45,107 bases of DNA. Origin: Macrostomum lignano (lineage: Eukaryota). The stretch covers positions 1-45,107 of the forward strand of contig NIVC01002052.1 of NCBI GenBank assembly GCA_002269645.1, read 5' to 3'. A model generated the notes under the pieces. That model ran no database searches. It was not told the origin of the DNA and worked only from the letters and a program-made list of their open reading frames with translations. Each line of letters begins with the position of its first letter. Position 1 is the stretch's first letter. Shown one piece after another: positions 20,801 to 32,111 of the stretch. A program made the translations under genes and the position numbers.

Positions 20801-23130
20801 CAGAACAGGGGTCGGCAAACTTTTTACCTCCGAGCCCAGTTAGAAAACCCAGCGCATGACTACTGCGGGTCAGAGGGGGGAGAGAGGAGAGGGAATAGAA
20901 AGTGAGATGAGAGATAGGAGAAAGAAGAGGCGAGGCGAGGCGAAGAGAGGAGAAGATAGGAGAGGATGGAGGAGAGGAGAGGAGAGGCGAGAGAGGAGAG
21001 AAAGGAAGAAAAGAGAGGAGATAAGAGAGAAGAGGAGAGCATAGCAGAGAAGGAGAGGAGAGGGAAGGGAAGGAATGGAGAGAGGAGATAAAAAAGAGAA
21101 GAGAGAGTAGATTAGAGAGAAGAGTGCCAGATTGCTATTTTGAAGTTTCAAAGGACCCGAGGGCCGGATAGAGAAGCTTCGCGCTTGTGGGCCGGCGTTT
21201 GCCGACCCCTGGTCTAGAAGCTTCCCCTAGGTGATGGGCAGTGTTGCACACGCAGTGATAAAATATGACGACTTAAGCAAGGTCGCATTGTTGAATTTCT
21301 CAATCATTCGCGCTTGAAGGTGCACCAGCCAAGTGGCACCGCGGAGACGCCGCAGCTCCCTCAAGCGCCGGAGCAAGTTCAGCAAACCCAGCCGTCATCA
21401 GTACAGCAGCCGCTGCCTCAGCCGCAATCTCAGCAGCCGCAGACTCTGCCTCAGCCTCAACCTCAGCAGCAGCCTCCGCCGCAGCCTTCGCCGCCGGAGC
21501 CGCCACAGGAGCCGCCGCAACCGTACGAAGCTCCGCCGCCAGAGCCGGGGCCGCTCAACCGGCTGGACAGCCTGCGCGAGAGCAGCCGCTGCGGCGACTC
21601 GTCCATCGCCGACACGGACACAGACGTGGAGCTGTACGCGCTGACCAGGAACCCGCCGCCTTTGGAGCTTCAGGAAGACGAGCCGGACGAATCCGGGACG
21701 GAGGAGGGCGACGGCGAGTACGAAGAAGACGAAGCCGAGGAAGAGGAGGAGGAAGCTGACGATGACGATGGTCAAGCGCGTCAGGTGAATCCCTGGCTTC
21801 TTGGAAACCCACATGCTGCTCGCGCACACTGTCACTTACGTGATATGGATGCCAGGGTGTCTATAGGAATGCCAGGGTGTCTCTATAGGAATTCCAGGGT
21901 GTCTCAGTCTAGGGATGCCAGGTTGTCTATAGGAATGCCAGGGTGTCTCTAGGGATGCCAGGGTGTCTATAGGAATGCCAGGGTGTCTCTAGGGATGCCA
22001 GGGTGTCTATAGGAATGCCAGGGTGTCTATAGGAATGCCAGGGTGTCTATAGGAATGCCAGGGTGTCTATAGGAATGCCAGGGTGTCTATAGGAATGCCA
22101 GGGTGTCTCAGTCTAGGGATGCCAGGGTGTCTATAGGAATGCCAGGGTGTCTCTAGGGATGCCAGGGTGTCTATAGGAATGCCAGGGTGTCTATAGGAAT
22201 GCCAGGGTGTCTATAGGAATGCCAGGGTGTCTCTAGGGATGCCAGGGTGTCTATAGGAATGCCAGCGTGTCTATAGGGATGCCAGGGTGTCTATAAGAAT
22301 GCCAGGGTGTCTATAGGAATGCCAGGGTGTCTATAGAAATGCCAGAGTGTCTCTATAGGAATTCCAAGGTGTCTCTATAGGAATGCCAAGGTGTCTCTAG
22401 GAATTCCAGGGTGTCTATATAGGGATGTCAGGGTGTCTCTAAAGTAATGGCAGGGTGTCTATAGGGATGAATTTCAAGGGTCTGTGTGTACCGGGGTCTC
22501 CAAGTAAGTTTAATAAGCACACTAAACGAGTAACAGGGTTTTTTTACTTCCGAGGGTCTCTACATGTAGATGAGTTTCGAGAAGCCTAGATGAGTTTAAA
22601 GTCACTAGAAAAGCTTCATAAATGATTTTTTTAATAAACTACTGCAGGACCTGGACCAGCTGGCCTACAGGCTGGAGGAAGAGGAGAACCAGCTGCTGTG
22701 CGCCTCTGAGGTAGAAGAGGAGACGGCGGACCTCCTAGCCGTGGTGGAGGACCTCCGCCGCCTCCGCCTAGAGGAGGAGGAGCTGGCGCAGCTGTCCGAC
22801 GAACTCGGCATGCGGGTGGCCCGCGAGCGCCAGGAGATGGACCGGCTGCGCGCCGAGATCGATCGATGGGCCAACCGGGACCAGCGGCCGGCCGGCGGCC
22901 CGGACAACTGTCCGGACACTTCGTCAAGCGCGTCCAGCGATTCAGAAGACGAATCCGACTCAGCGCTGCTGGAGCAGTGGCATTTCTTCCGCGAGGACAA
23001 TCACCGGCTGGTGAAGGAGAACGCGGACCTGGCTGAGCGGCTGCAGAAAGAGCGAATGCTGTGCGCCGAGTACCGGGTGCAGCTGCGAGTGCAGGCCGCC
23101 TACGGACCGCTAATCTCCATCGGGCTTTGA
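17855..23130 (+). CDS. RALBP1: RalA-binding protein 1 (RLIP76; RhoGAP plus Ral-binding domains); exons 17855-17861 (tentative), 17908-18372, 18574-19137, 19641-19794, 20279-20664, 21320-21784, 22648-23130; two 1-nt frameshifts (~18283-18286, ~18914)
   Basis: Lys-rich N-terminus with GYHQFEDDS; RPVFGVPLALAVQRS; FR|ECIDFVE...EGIYRVSGVKSKV; NKMSLQNVSIVLSPT (RhoGAP); LWEVQR...LKRKLR (Ral-binding domain); terminal coiled coil RERQEMDRLRAEI. Confidence 0.93.
19222..19550. repeat. Minisatellite, 30-bp unit (gaccggaagtgggtagtggcctatctgaat), ~11 copies, RALBP1 intron
   Basis: Read directly. Confidence 0.95.
19863..20155. repeat. Minisatellite, 33-bp unit (ttgttaaaatggcccctttctgaagcttatcta), ~9 copies, RALBP1 intron
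   Basis: Read directly. Confidence 0.96.
20806..21211. mobile_element. hAT/Charlie-type MITE containing a ~250-bp GA-rich tract
   Basis: Perfect 15-bp TIRs CAGGGGTCGGCAAAC / GTTTGCCGACCCCTG; 8-bp TSD gtccagaa / gtctagaa (7 of 8 identical), matching the NTCTAGAN Charlie target preference. Confidence 0.9.
21847..22470. repeat. Minisatellite, ~20-bp unit (gaatgccagggtgtctatag), ~30 copies, RALBP1 last intron
   Basis: Read directly. Confidence 0.96.
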
Positions 23131-24819
23131 GTTCAAATGCTTTGATCTTGCTGTTCTCTCTGTGCAATTATTTTCATTGTTAAATGTAAATGCTGTTTAT
23201 TACCAATGACTACTGGGCGATCTAGTTGTTAATCTCTCTTGAATTAAGTCGGTTTTCAGTTTCAGCAATTGTTGCACCAAATCCATATCAAGCAGATGGC
23301 CGCTGCACTGGCTCGGAGAAGGCCGGTGGTTTTTGCATTAGCGAGGTATACCCAATACCTTTATCTTTTTGACTTTGTGTTTGTGTTTTGTCAGAGATGC
23401 GCTATGTTAATTTCATATCCTAAGTAAAGTACATGTCCTATGCCTAAAATAATTGAAAAATGGCACAAATCGACTGATTGGTTTTTTATGAATCTGTTTT
23501 AACATTTTGTTATAGGTATAAATTAAGCTAAAAGTTAAAAATTGGGTCTGCCTGCTTTCAAAAGTAAGGAATTTTTGGTACAACCTGCCTTCTAAAATTT
23601 TCCTAAAACGCAGCTTCCCATCCTTGAGCGAAATCCCAATCAGCGAACCACAACTGTATTTTGAGTGTTTTCTCCGTTTTCAATTAGAAAATTGCAAATT
23701 TTGCACGGTTTGCGAGTGCAAGCGGCCTTCTGTTTTGGTTGTCCAAATTAATATTCCTTTCATACTACTATTAACTACTGCCAGAGTATAAAATAACCGC
23801 GAACAGATAGGGACTGTATCGATTGGAATATACAGTGTACAAAAATTGTTCATTACTCAATAAAGAGAATAGGCTCTCTGATGACGATTATAATTAATAT
23901 TATTACTAATACGTTATATTTATTGTTCTTAAATAGTGAAGGTACGCGTATTGTCGCTGACTCAATATTTTCAATGAATTATTTCATATACCAAAGCAAG
24001 GATTTTGCTGTAGAGTTGTACTTTGCTTACTTTACTAGTTAAATAAGGCGCTTTAATAGCGTTCTAATAGTTAACGGGTATTTATTGTAACTAATAAAAC
24101 ATACAATTGAAAAATGATCACATTAATGCACAAGTAGCTGTCAGAGAATCCAATATTTATATCAGAAATGCTCACAGGGAAACTTACCCAAAGGGAGCTT
24201 AAATAAGCATTACCGTATTTATTTAATACGTCGCAAATTTTGCTTGCTGCTTTGCCAAGTGTCAACTAAAGGCAATCACCGTACCGCGTTATACAGCGTT
24301 AACCGCGTTTACAAATTAACTAATATGTTAGCTACTTGTAGTAGTGCAAAAACCACTATATAATGTAGAATTTGAAAATAAAAATTAAAACAAGACCCCG
24401 TCATTGATGCTACAGATTTTGTTGTTCAACATACTGTGGGTTCTAATTAGTAAGAATCAAAAATCCTTAGTAACTAGCGGACCTTGATAATTATTAGTAA
24501 AATAACAAAGTACTGCGATATTTTGCCTTCAGTTTGTTGAACTTCAGAATAGCTGTCCAATTGCGTACTACCTACTTCAACTTTTCGGACAAAGCAATTT
24601 TATCTGCAATGACTACTACGAGTAGGACTAGTGCAAACAGCAAACCTGCAGCACCAATGAACCGAATTAGGCTTTATTAAAGAGTTGGATAAGCAGTTGC
24701 TCTGTAGCCTGCAGCTCATAGAGTCTGCAGGATTGTAATAGTAATCTTTAAATATGGATGCTGCCATAGTGGCCACTCCTATCCCGTCCTGTTCCCCCTA
24801 TTGTGTCCCGTCAGCAGTA

Positions 24820-26265
24820 CTAGCAGTGGGCATCGGCAAACAGGCTCAGCAGCAGTTGGGCGGCCACTCCGGCTGCCCTTTCAGCCGCCAATTCCTGGCG
24901 CTTGGAGTCCACCTGCTCCCTGCTGGTCTCGGCCTCGGCAGCCGCTACCAGGCCGCACAGTAGGGGATATTTATCCTTGAACAGCGGTTGCTGCTCCCCT
25001 ATAACGGCTGGAACAGTCTTAGCAGGAGCGGCCGCTGCTTGCACGGAACGGCTAGCGTCTCCAGACACCTGCTGCTGCTCGCTAAGCGGAACCAAAGCGG
25101 CAGATTTAATTCGAAGGCCAGACGAGCCGCTAGATCGAGAGGTTTGCTGCTGCTGAGCTGCCGAGTTGCCAGCATAAACGGCGAAAGGAACGGCGCGACT
25201 GCTGGCCGCCGCTATGTTGCTCAGCGAGACGCCGCCACCGGCGCTTCGACCGCCGCGTACGCCGCCGCCGCTGCTTTGCGTCGGCAGGCGCTCCAGCTGG
25301 GCCCGAGTGCTATGCAGTTGCATTTCCAGCTGGGCCAGCTGAGATGACACGGCAGCAGCGGCGGCAGACGGCCGGCCGCGCACGGAGCTCAGCTGGCTAA
25401 GCAGCTCCGTGATTGGATCGCCGGCCAACGGCCAGGCCAGCCGTTCGATGAACCCGCTGGCTCCTCCGCCTCCGCCTCCGCCTTCGCCACCGCTTCCGCC
25501 CCCGCCAGCTGCGGCAGCCAAAACAGCGGATGCCGAGCCCAGACCGCGCCCTCGACCAGCGCCAGACCTGACTGGCACGCAGGACACCCGGCTTAGGCTG
25601 GGCAAGCCGCGTCTAGATGCGTCTCGGTTGCTGCGCAGGCCGGCGGTAGACAAAAGCGACGAGTCGTCCGGGCCGAGGGCGCCCTAAAAATGCGATGAGC
25701 GCCAACACACAGATGGTCCATTGAGAATGGATGGGTAAAGAATAAGGTCAACTGAGAGAGAACAATGGCTCACGCGCACGTGATCAAGCTGCAGGTGATG
25801 TGCCAGATTCCTGGTCTGATGATTCGGTGCCCCGCTCGGACACGCGGCGCACACTGGACAGATGACCTGCTGATGTTGCTGGTGTCCAGACGACGCATCG
25901 GCGTGCTCCCCGGCCACGTGTTCGGCCAGGTCTGACTGCGAGTAGCCCAGGTTGCCGCAGTAAGGACAGGTGAAAGCCACTGCCCCAGTATCGGCAGCTG
26001 AGCCGGACTCGCCGCCAAAGTACAGCAGCATATCGGCGCGAGTCAGAATGCACTGCATCGGGTGCTCGGCCCTGTGCTGAATCGCTCCTCCAGCGGCCAT
26101 GATGTCCGCCTCCATCGGGGCGAATTGTTCCTCGGCGCAGAAATTTCTCGAATCATAGCAGGGGCCGCACAGATCGAAATCGAAACAGCGGAGGCATTTG
26201 TAGCGCCGGCCGCGGAAGGCTTGCTGGTCGCAGCTATCGCAGCTGACGCCGTCGTGTCGGGACAT
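24820..26265 (-). CDS. KCMF1: E3 ubiquitin-protein ligase KCMF1 (ZZ zinc finger plus Di19-type C2H2); exons 26265-25774, 25683-24820
   Basis: MSRHDGVSCDSC...FRGRRYKCL.CFDFDLC, HPMQCILTR, FTCPYCG, VICPVCAA.P.G.PNH, DPITELLSQLS, AERAAGVAAQLLLS. One phase-0 GT-AG intron. Confidence 0.95.
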
Positions 26266-26350
26266 CCGCCGGCCAGCCTGAGGGCAATCGATATTTGTAG
26301 ACGATGGGTCGATTTGGCTATTGACAGGCTTTCGGTCAGGGTATGTACGG

Positions 26351-26435
26351 ATTGCTACCCTATCTACCCTTAGTAGACCATTGCTACCCCTGATCTACCT
26401 TAGTAGACAAGTGCTACCCCCTATCTACCCTTCAG
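26351..26435. repeat. Short tandem repeat, ~29-bp unit x3 (ttgctaccctatctacccttagtagacca)
   Basis: Read directly; lies just upstream of KCMF1. Confidence 0.8.
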
Positions 26436-27175
26436 CAGAACAGTACTTTTAACTATTATCTTGAGCAGTTAAACATTAAGACAGTTCTGTAACATCTGCT
26501 CAGCTCAATTATTTATAGGAAACATAAATAAATAAATAACACAGAGCCATACTTTACAGCAAGCATGCGCGATAAAGCACTAATTTTGAATTATATATTG
26601 TTTCAGATGAATTATAGCCTACTTAAATATACGAAATAATACTAGTACAAATGCAACAGAAATTAAAGAGAAATAATCGCCAACATATACAGTAATTATC
26701 GATGGAATACAAAATATTATTATTAGTTTTCATAGTTCATAAATGCGGACTATGCCTGCTCCATTCCCGTACCGCAGTTGTAAACTATCCAGATTAACAA
26801 AATAGTACTCGTAATTATATCAGGTGCTAGTTTGTGTTACTATTTGTATAATATAATAAAATTGATAAACAGTGTGCACATACAAACAAATTGAAGCAGA
26901 CAGACACAAAAGCGACAAACTATCGCGAGCAAACTAACGAGCCTAAATAATAATAAAATAAACAATGCAAAATCAATTATAATAATGGAAAGGGGTGGTG
27001 AAAAATAAACTAACACGAGTTAATAAGGGGGTTCTTAGCAGACTGTCGGGTTTTTTTACAGCGCACTAGTTAGATGACGAGGCATTTCTGTAATTTAGAA
27101 GTTACTCCTGCCGTTTACCTCACAACATGTTTGAAAATTAGCTTAAATAAAAGGGATTGGAGCACAAGCTAGGTA

Positions 27176-27292
27176 TGGGGTTGGAAAACTTCTTTACCTA
27201 AAGGGCCAGATAGAAAATTTAGCGCATGACTGGGAATAAAGGACCCGAAAGGGCCGAATAGAGAGGCTTCGCGGGGCCGGAGTTTTGCCAGG
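27176..27292. mobile_element. Diverged Charlie-type MITE, same family as 20806-21211 but without the GA tract
   Basis: Shares tttacct...gatagaaaa...agcgcatgact and aaggacccga.gggccg.atagaga.gcttcgcg...gggccgg.gtttgcc with that element; TIRs are decayed. Confidence 0.7.
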
Positions 27293-27374
27293 TCAATGCT
27301 AATTGGCAAACAGTTCAAAGAGCTTAGTCAGTCTGGCTCCAAGTCCCAAGCATTAGCTGTATATATATCATGCA

Positions 27375-30300
27375 TCAGTCGTCGCCCAGCCTAGGCCGCT
27401 TGCTGTCCGGCGGCTGCGACTGCTCACAGCAGTAGCGGCTAATCGATTCCGGCACCTGCAGCAGCTGCGGCCTAGTAGTTAAATTCTCTAGAAAATTCAC
27501 GTACTCATTGCGACCCTCAGCCTGGCTGTTCACATACAGCCGCATCCGAAGCGAGGGTAGCTGGCCGCCTGGCAAATTCGCGTCATCGTCGTCAAAAGAA
27601 GAATCGTCTGGCCCAGCAGCGGCCGTGTCAGACTTTGGCACGGTGGAGGCGGCGTTAGCAACAGCGGTGGTGGTGGCTGCCTCGCTCGACTCTCCGTTAT
27701 CCTCTTTAGCATCATCGTTGTCGCGTTGAAGCTCCTCGGATAGTAGCTGTTCGAATAAGCTGCTGCTGGCGCCGCTGCTGCTGCTGGCGCAGGCGCCACC
27801 GCCGCTACTCTGGCGCGAGGGCAGCACGGATGGCGCCGACTGTCTGCTAGTGGCTACGGCGGCCATTGTGCGCTGCACCTGTCATAAATCCATTATTGAT
27901 GACTTGCTATTTTTAATATTTCCAATCTATTTTGGCTAGGATTCCTTGCTCTCACCTCTGGCCGGCCCGGGTTCGACTCCCGGTCAGGGAACCAGTGCGA
28001 GGTGAGCTTCTACATGTCATTACGCTACAAGCGATTCGCTTACACATTCTTTGCTTGCTACTCTTCAGTAGGCAATCTCAAATAATTAGTTTTGATCTCT
28101 ATAGTCTAGTTTAAGGATCTGGCAACTTACTAGTTGCCTAATTTGAGTATCATACGGGTACTGTCTAACAATAGGTGTCGTTTATCAACAGCCAACGCAC
28201 CTGCTTGCGCTGCAATTCCTCCTGAGCAGAACTGAGCATCTGAACGCTGTAATCCTGCAGCACCTTGGGCATGGTGTTAGGATTTAGCGGGCAAATCTTT
28301 TTGTGCTCCTTTAATTGGTGCAATGGTCCGACATTGTTGCAGCCGAGGGCGCGCCAAGGACAAGCCACAATATAGTCGTCTATAATATTTTGCACAAGAA
28401 AGTCGTGGTGCAGTTGGCCCACTGTTACTGGCTTGCGATCGCTCGGACAGATGGCATTCTTCTGTAGCCAATCGAATATGCAGCGCTTGCAGAAGCTGTG
28501 GCCACATGGGGCGCGCCATGGCTCTTTGAATACCTCTTGACAGATGCAGCAGTACAAATGGGGACTGACAGCATCAGGATTTAAGAAGTACCTGTGAGAA
28601 TTTTAAAGGTTTGACATACTAATATTCAATGTTGTAATAAAGATGGAACACGAGTTTTCAAAGCTAGGATCTTATCCTAATCCTACCTATCTTTAGCTCT
28701 ATGTCTATCACTCAGGTGCTTCAGTGGACAGCCTGTCTCTGCCCCCCAGGTGTTTCAGCGGACAGTCCATCTGTCATCTGGTATTTAACACTATGATCAG
28801 TTTTGCCCAAAAAAATTTTTACAAATATATTTTGTACATAAATTTTGTACTTAATGACTTCCACGTCCAATGTGTCATTCCTTAGCTTTTTTCTCTATTA
28901 CTTTTATATAAAAACAATTCTAATAATAAAGCAAAATATAGCTAAGACCTTCATAATATATATACTTTTTTGACTAAGGAGGCCTAAACCCAATAATAAA
29001 TTTAATATTTTATCAAATTTCAAATAAATTTAAATATAAAAGTTGGAACAGATTAGTGATGGACAAAATGTGGATTTTTGCAAGTTTCTGAAACCAAATC
29101 CAAATGTACAAAAAATTCTGAATCCAAATCTAAATATCCAAATGTGCTTCTGAAAGTAAGCAAAAAGTAGAAGGTAAATGACAAGAATAACTATGACACT
29201 TTAATTCTAATTACTAATGCTAATGTTGCATTTGTGCAATTTGAGTACTTTACTGTAAGTCTATACATTTGTATTTAGAAAAAAAACCAACAAATGATTA
29301 TATTTAAGCAATGATTGCCAAAAATGTTTTTGAGACTTTAGGTTCAAAACCTCAAAGGTCCTAAAGTTTAGTAACTTAATTTGATATAACTTTATTTAAA
29401 TATGTTACTGCAAAAAAAACAATGTGACATAAAATGTTACATTTTTATTTTTTTAATACACTTTATTATTTCAAATTTTTTTATTTACATTTGATTTTTT
29501 TGGATTTCTTGTTTTTTCATATTCATAAGCATATTTGGAAATATTCAGAAAATAAAATTGTCAAATACAAAACATTCTTATTTCTAAAAACTAAGACATT
29601 TTTTGAATTAGATTCTAAATTTGAATACTTGGATCTATAATTAGAACAGAGTTAAGAATTGAAAAATAAATTACTAAATTGGCTAAACCTACACTAATGG
29701 AATTTTCAAATGACTTTTTGGTATTCTTTCATTTTATGATCACATAGCACTGTCTCTATGGGAGTTGGGATTTTTTTATACGATCCCCCATAGAAGACAA
29801 AAAAGTTAAGTTAAAGCCATGAAATCTGAGAACCAATTTTAGACACCCCCTTATTTTTGTCTTACAATCCCCTCCTAGTTAAATTGACATATGTTTATAT
29901 TTTGGGATGATTTTGAGATGAAAGTGAATTCCATTTTGTCTTGCAATCACTTACATATAATTTTACTATTTAAATGATTATATGGCATAAGTGAATATAA
30001 GCTACATGCTTATATAACTATGCTGCGCGGTTTGCGCCTATATTTCAATGACTTGCAATGACAATTTATATGAAACTAGACCCACTTAGGGATTAAAACA
30101 AAGGAATGCCTACTTTTTATATTAGAACTTATTCTTTTTATTGAATTTTATTAATTCAAAAGCCTTTTATTAAAAAGAAAAAAATATTATATTGTTTGTT
30201 ATTATTCCAATGAAGAGTAGATCATATACCAGTATATGCTTACAAAAGTTTTTATAGAAGTATTTTTTAGTATATAGGTCTAATGGCAACCGATCAAAAG

Positions 30301-32111
30301 GGCGACAGATGAAAAGGGCGACAGTTAAAAGGGCGACAGTTAAAAGGGCGACAGTCAAAAGGGCGACAGGGTATTAGACCAAGAACTACTTAAGTGGACG
30401 GACGGGAAACCTTGTTTCTTAGTAAATCTTAGAATCTTAGCAATAACAATTTTTGTGCTGACAATTTGTACTTGCATGTTAGAATGGGGTTTTAATATTT
30501 AATGTACGCTCATACATTGTACATTGAAACATAGATCAGTGGGGTTTATTTATTTCATTCACTGAAATCACCATACCATATAAGTGCTGAGTGTGGTTGC
30601 CACGCCTGAATTTAAAAAAACTGCTCTCTTACAATTACTGTCTTAAGTTTTTTGTTGGCACCAAACTAGGACTGTGAAATTCTATTTATTGTTGATCTAA
30701 TGATGTAGGATGTAGGATGTAGGAGTGCACATGTAGGAGTAAAAGTGCACATGGACGCAGAGTACTAATTAAGGTGCATGTTTATGCATATCATGGTGTA
30801 CACGTATATGTACCTGAAAATGTGTACTTTCCATAGAAAAAAATGAAAAATCAAACTCGACGGGGTGCGCGCGCCCTGTGCGCCGCCCCTTTTAATCCGC
30901 TACTGCTAGGCAGCCAGAAAAAAATATATTTTTCTTTACTTCAACAGGCGGTTAGGACCAACAACGACTTAGAGAGCTGGCATCGCGCTCTAAACTACAG
31001 AGCCCAGCGAGGAAACATCCAATTCTACCTGCTCATCAAGCTCCTATTCAATGAAGCGCGGATGATCCCCGTAGAGGTGCAGCTCCTCTCCCAAGGAGTA
31101 ATGCGCCGCGTACAGCGCAACAGATACCGAAGTATGCAGGCCCAGTACTTCAAATACTGGAGAGAATTCAGGCGTGGCAACCGCTCGGCGGATGATCTAC
31201 TGAAGGCAGTTAGTGAAATAAATGGACCTCACTGAACCACATTTTAACATTTAATAGTGTCCAATACGTGTCCAGCTTTTATGCAACCCCATTTTAACTG
31301 CTCGTACAATTTTAACAACGCATTTTAACAAATACAAGTATGATACATGTTTACTGCTTTTAACAAATACTTTTAATGTACGTGGAACTCGTATTTTCAA
31401 TATAAATACACTGTAACTGTCGCCCTTTTGACTGTCGCCCTTTTGACTGTCGCCCTTTTAACTGTCGCCCTTTTGATCTGTCGCCCTTTTGACCTGTAGC
31501 CCGTCTAATTGTCTTGCAAAATTTTTCATTTGTAAAAAAATGTATGGCAAGTTACTAGCTAGACTAGATAATTGAAGTCAAATCCATATACTAAAAATGA
31601 GTTGTTTGTATATATGTTTGCTTTCCTATGTACTAAGAATGAGTTGTTTCTAGCCTCTAGGCCCTAATTATAGGCCTAAACATTACAAAATTATATATTA
31701 AATAACTTGATTAGACTTAAGTGAACTGGAGTAATCCGGAGTTAAAGTGTCTTGCTCAAGGACACAAATTGTTCTAGTAGGATTGGGAAACAACAAACTC
31801 CCAACCTTCAAGTCGAGAGTCCAACACTCTAACCACAAGGCTGCAACCCAGCATGTAATGGTAACAAAGGCCTAAGGCCCCTAGGTCCTGACTCCCCAGT
31901 CAATAAGTAAGTATGCTTCTAGGTGTATAAGTGGTACTGGTAGATAGGCCTACTTAACAGCTTCAGTATAAAACAGAACTGTAACATAGGCTCTAAAAGT
32001 TAAAGTTCTAAAACGAAATACTTACGTTTCTTCTTCTATTTCGGGTTCTGCTGGAACTTCAGGTGCTTTGCCTTTAGCATTCTTGGCACTCTGTCTTCGC
32101 CGACCTACCAT
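27375..32111 (-). CDS. RING finger plus TRAF-type zinc-finger E3 ligase (RNF41/RNF151/TRAF-like N-terminus); exons 32111-32026, 28591-28201, 27878-27375
   Basis: Spliced MVGRRRQS...EEE-T|YFLNPDAVSPHLYCCICQEVFKEPWRAPCGHSFCKRCI...CPSDR (C3HC3D-type RING), then CPWRALGC...LKEHKKICP (TRAF zinc finger). Phases 2 and 0 match. Confidence 0.88.
27933..27994 (+). pseudogene. 5'-truncated tRNA-Glu(CTC) relic with genomically encoded CCA
   Basis: TGGCTAGGATTC...CTCTCAC...GGCCCGGGTTCGACTCCCGGTCAGGGAACCA matches the eukaryotic tRNA-Glu D-loop, anticodon loop, T-arm and 3' acceptor strand. The anticodon stem is unpaired and the 5' acceptor strand is missing. Confidence 0.8.
28713..28775. repeat. Two-unit outlier of the 33-bp minisatellite at 34615-35133
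   Basis: caggtgcttcagtggacagcctgtctct is identical to the array consensus. Confidence 0.8.
30285..31501 (+). mobile_element. Internally deleted Mutator-like (MULE) DNA transposon in intron 1 of the RING gene
   Basis: Inverted termini made of tandem AAAAGGGCGACAG modules (5 per side); ends GGCAACC / GGCTACA; flanking 8-bp duplication ggtctaat / cgtctaat; internal transposase C-terminal exon with RTNNDLESWHRALN. Confidence 0.88.
30948..31235 (+). pseudogene. MULE transposase C-terminal exon remnant
   Basis: Acceptor ttcaacag|gcg; AVRTNNDLESWHRALN is the conserved RTNN..E.WH..LN motif of MULE transposases. Confidence 0.8.
31735..31848 (-). mobile_element. Truncated, diverged copy of the tRNA/CORE-like SINE
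   Basis: Shares gtggttagag...cgacttgaaggt...aacaatttgtgtccttgagcaa.acact with 1065-1340. Confidence 0.75.

Noticed and set aside
27977-27994. LTR retrotransposon primer-binding site (TGGTTCCCTGACC on the minus strand)
   Set aside because: tRNA similarity extends about 60 nt, far beyond an 18-nt PBS, and no LTR, gag or pol sequence follows.
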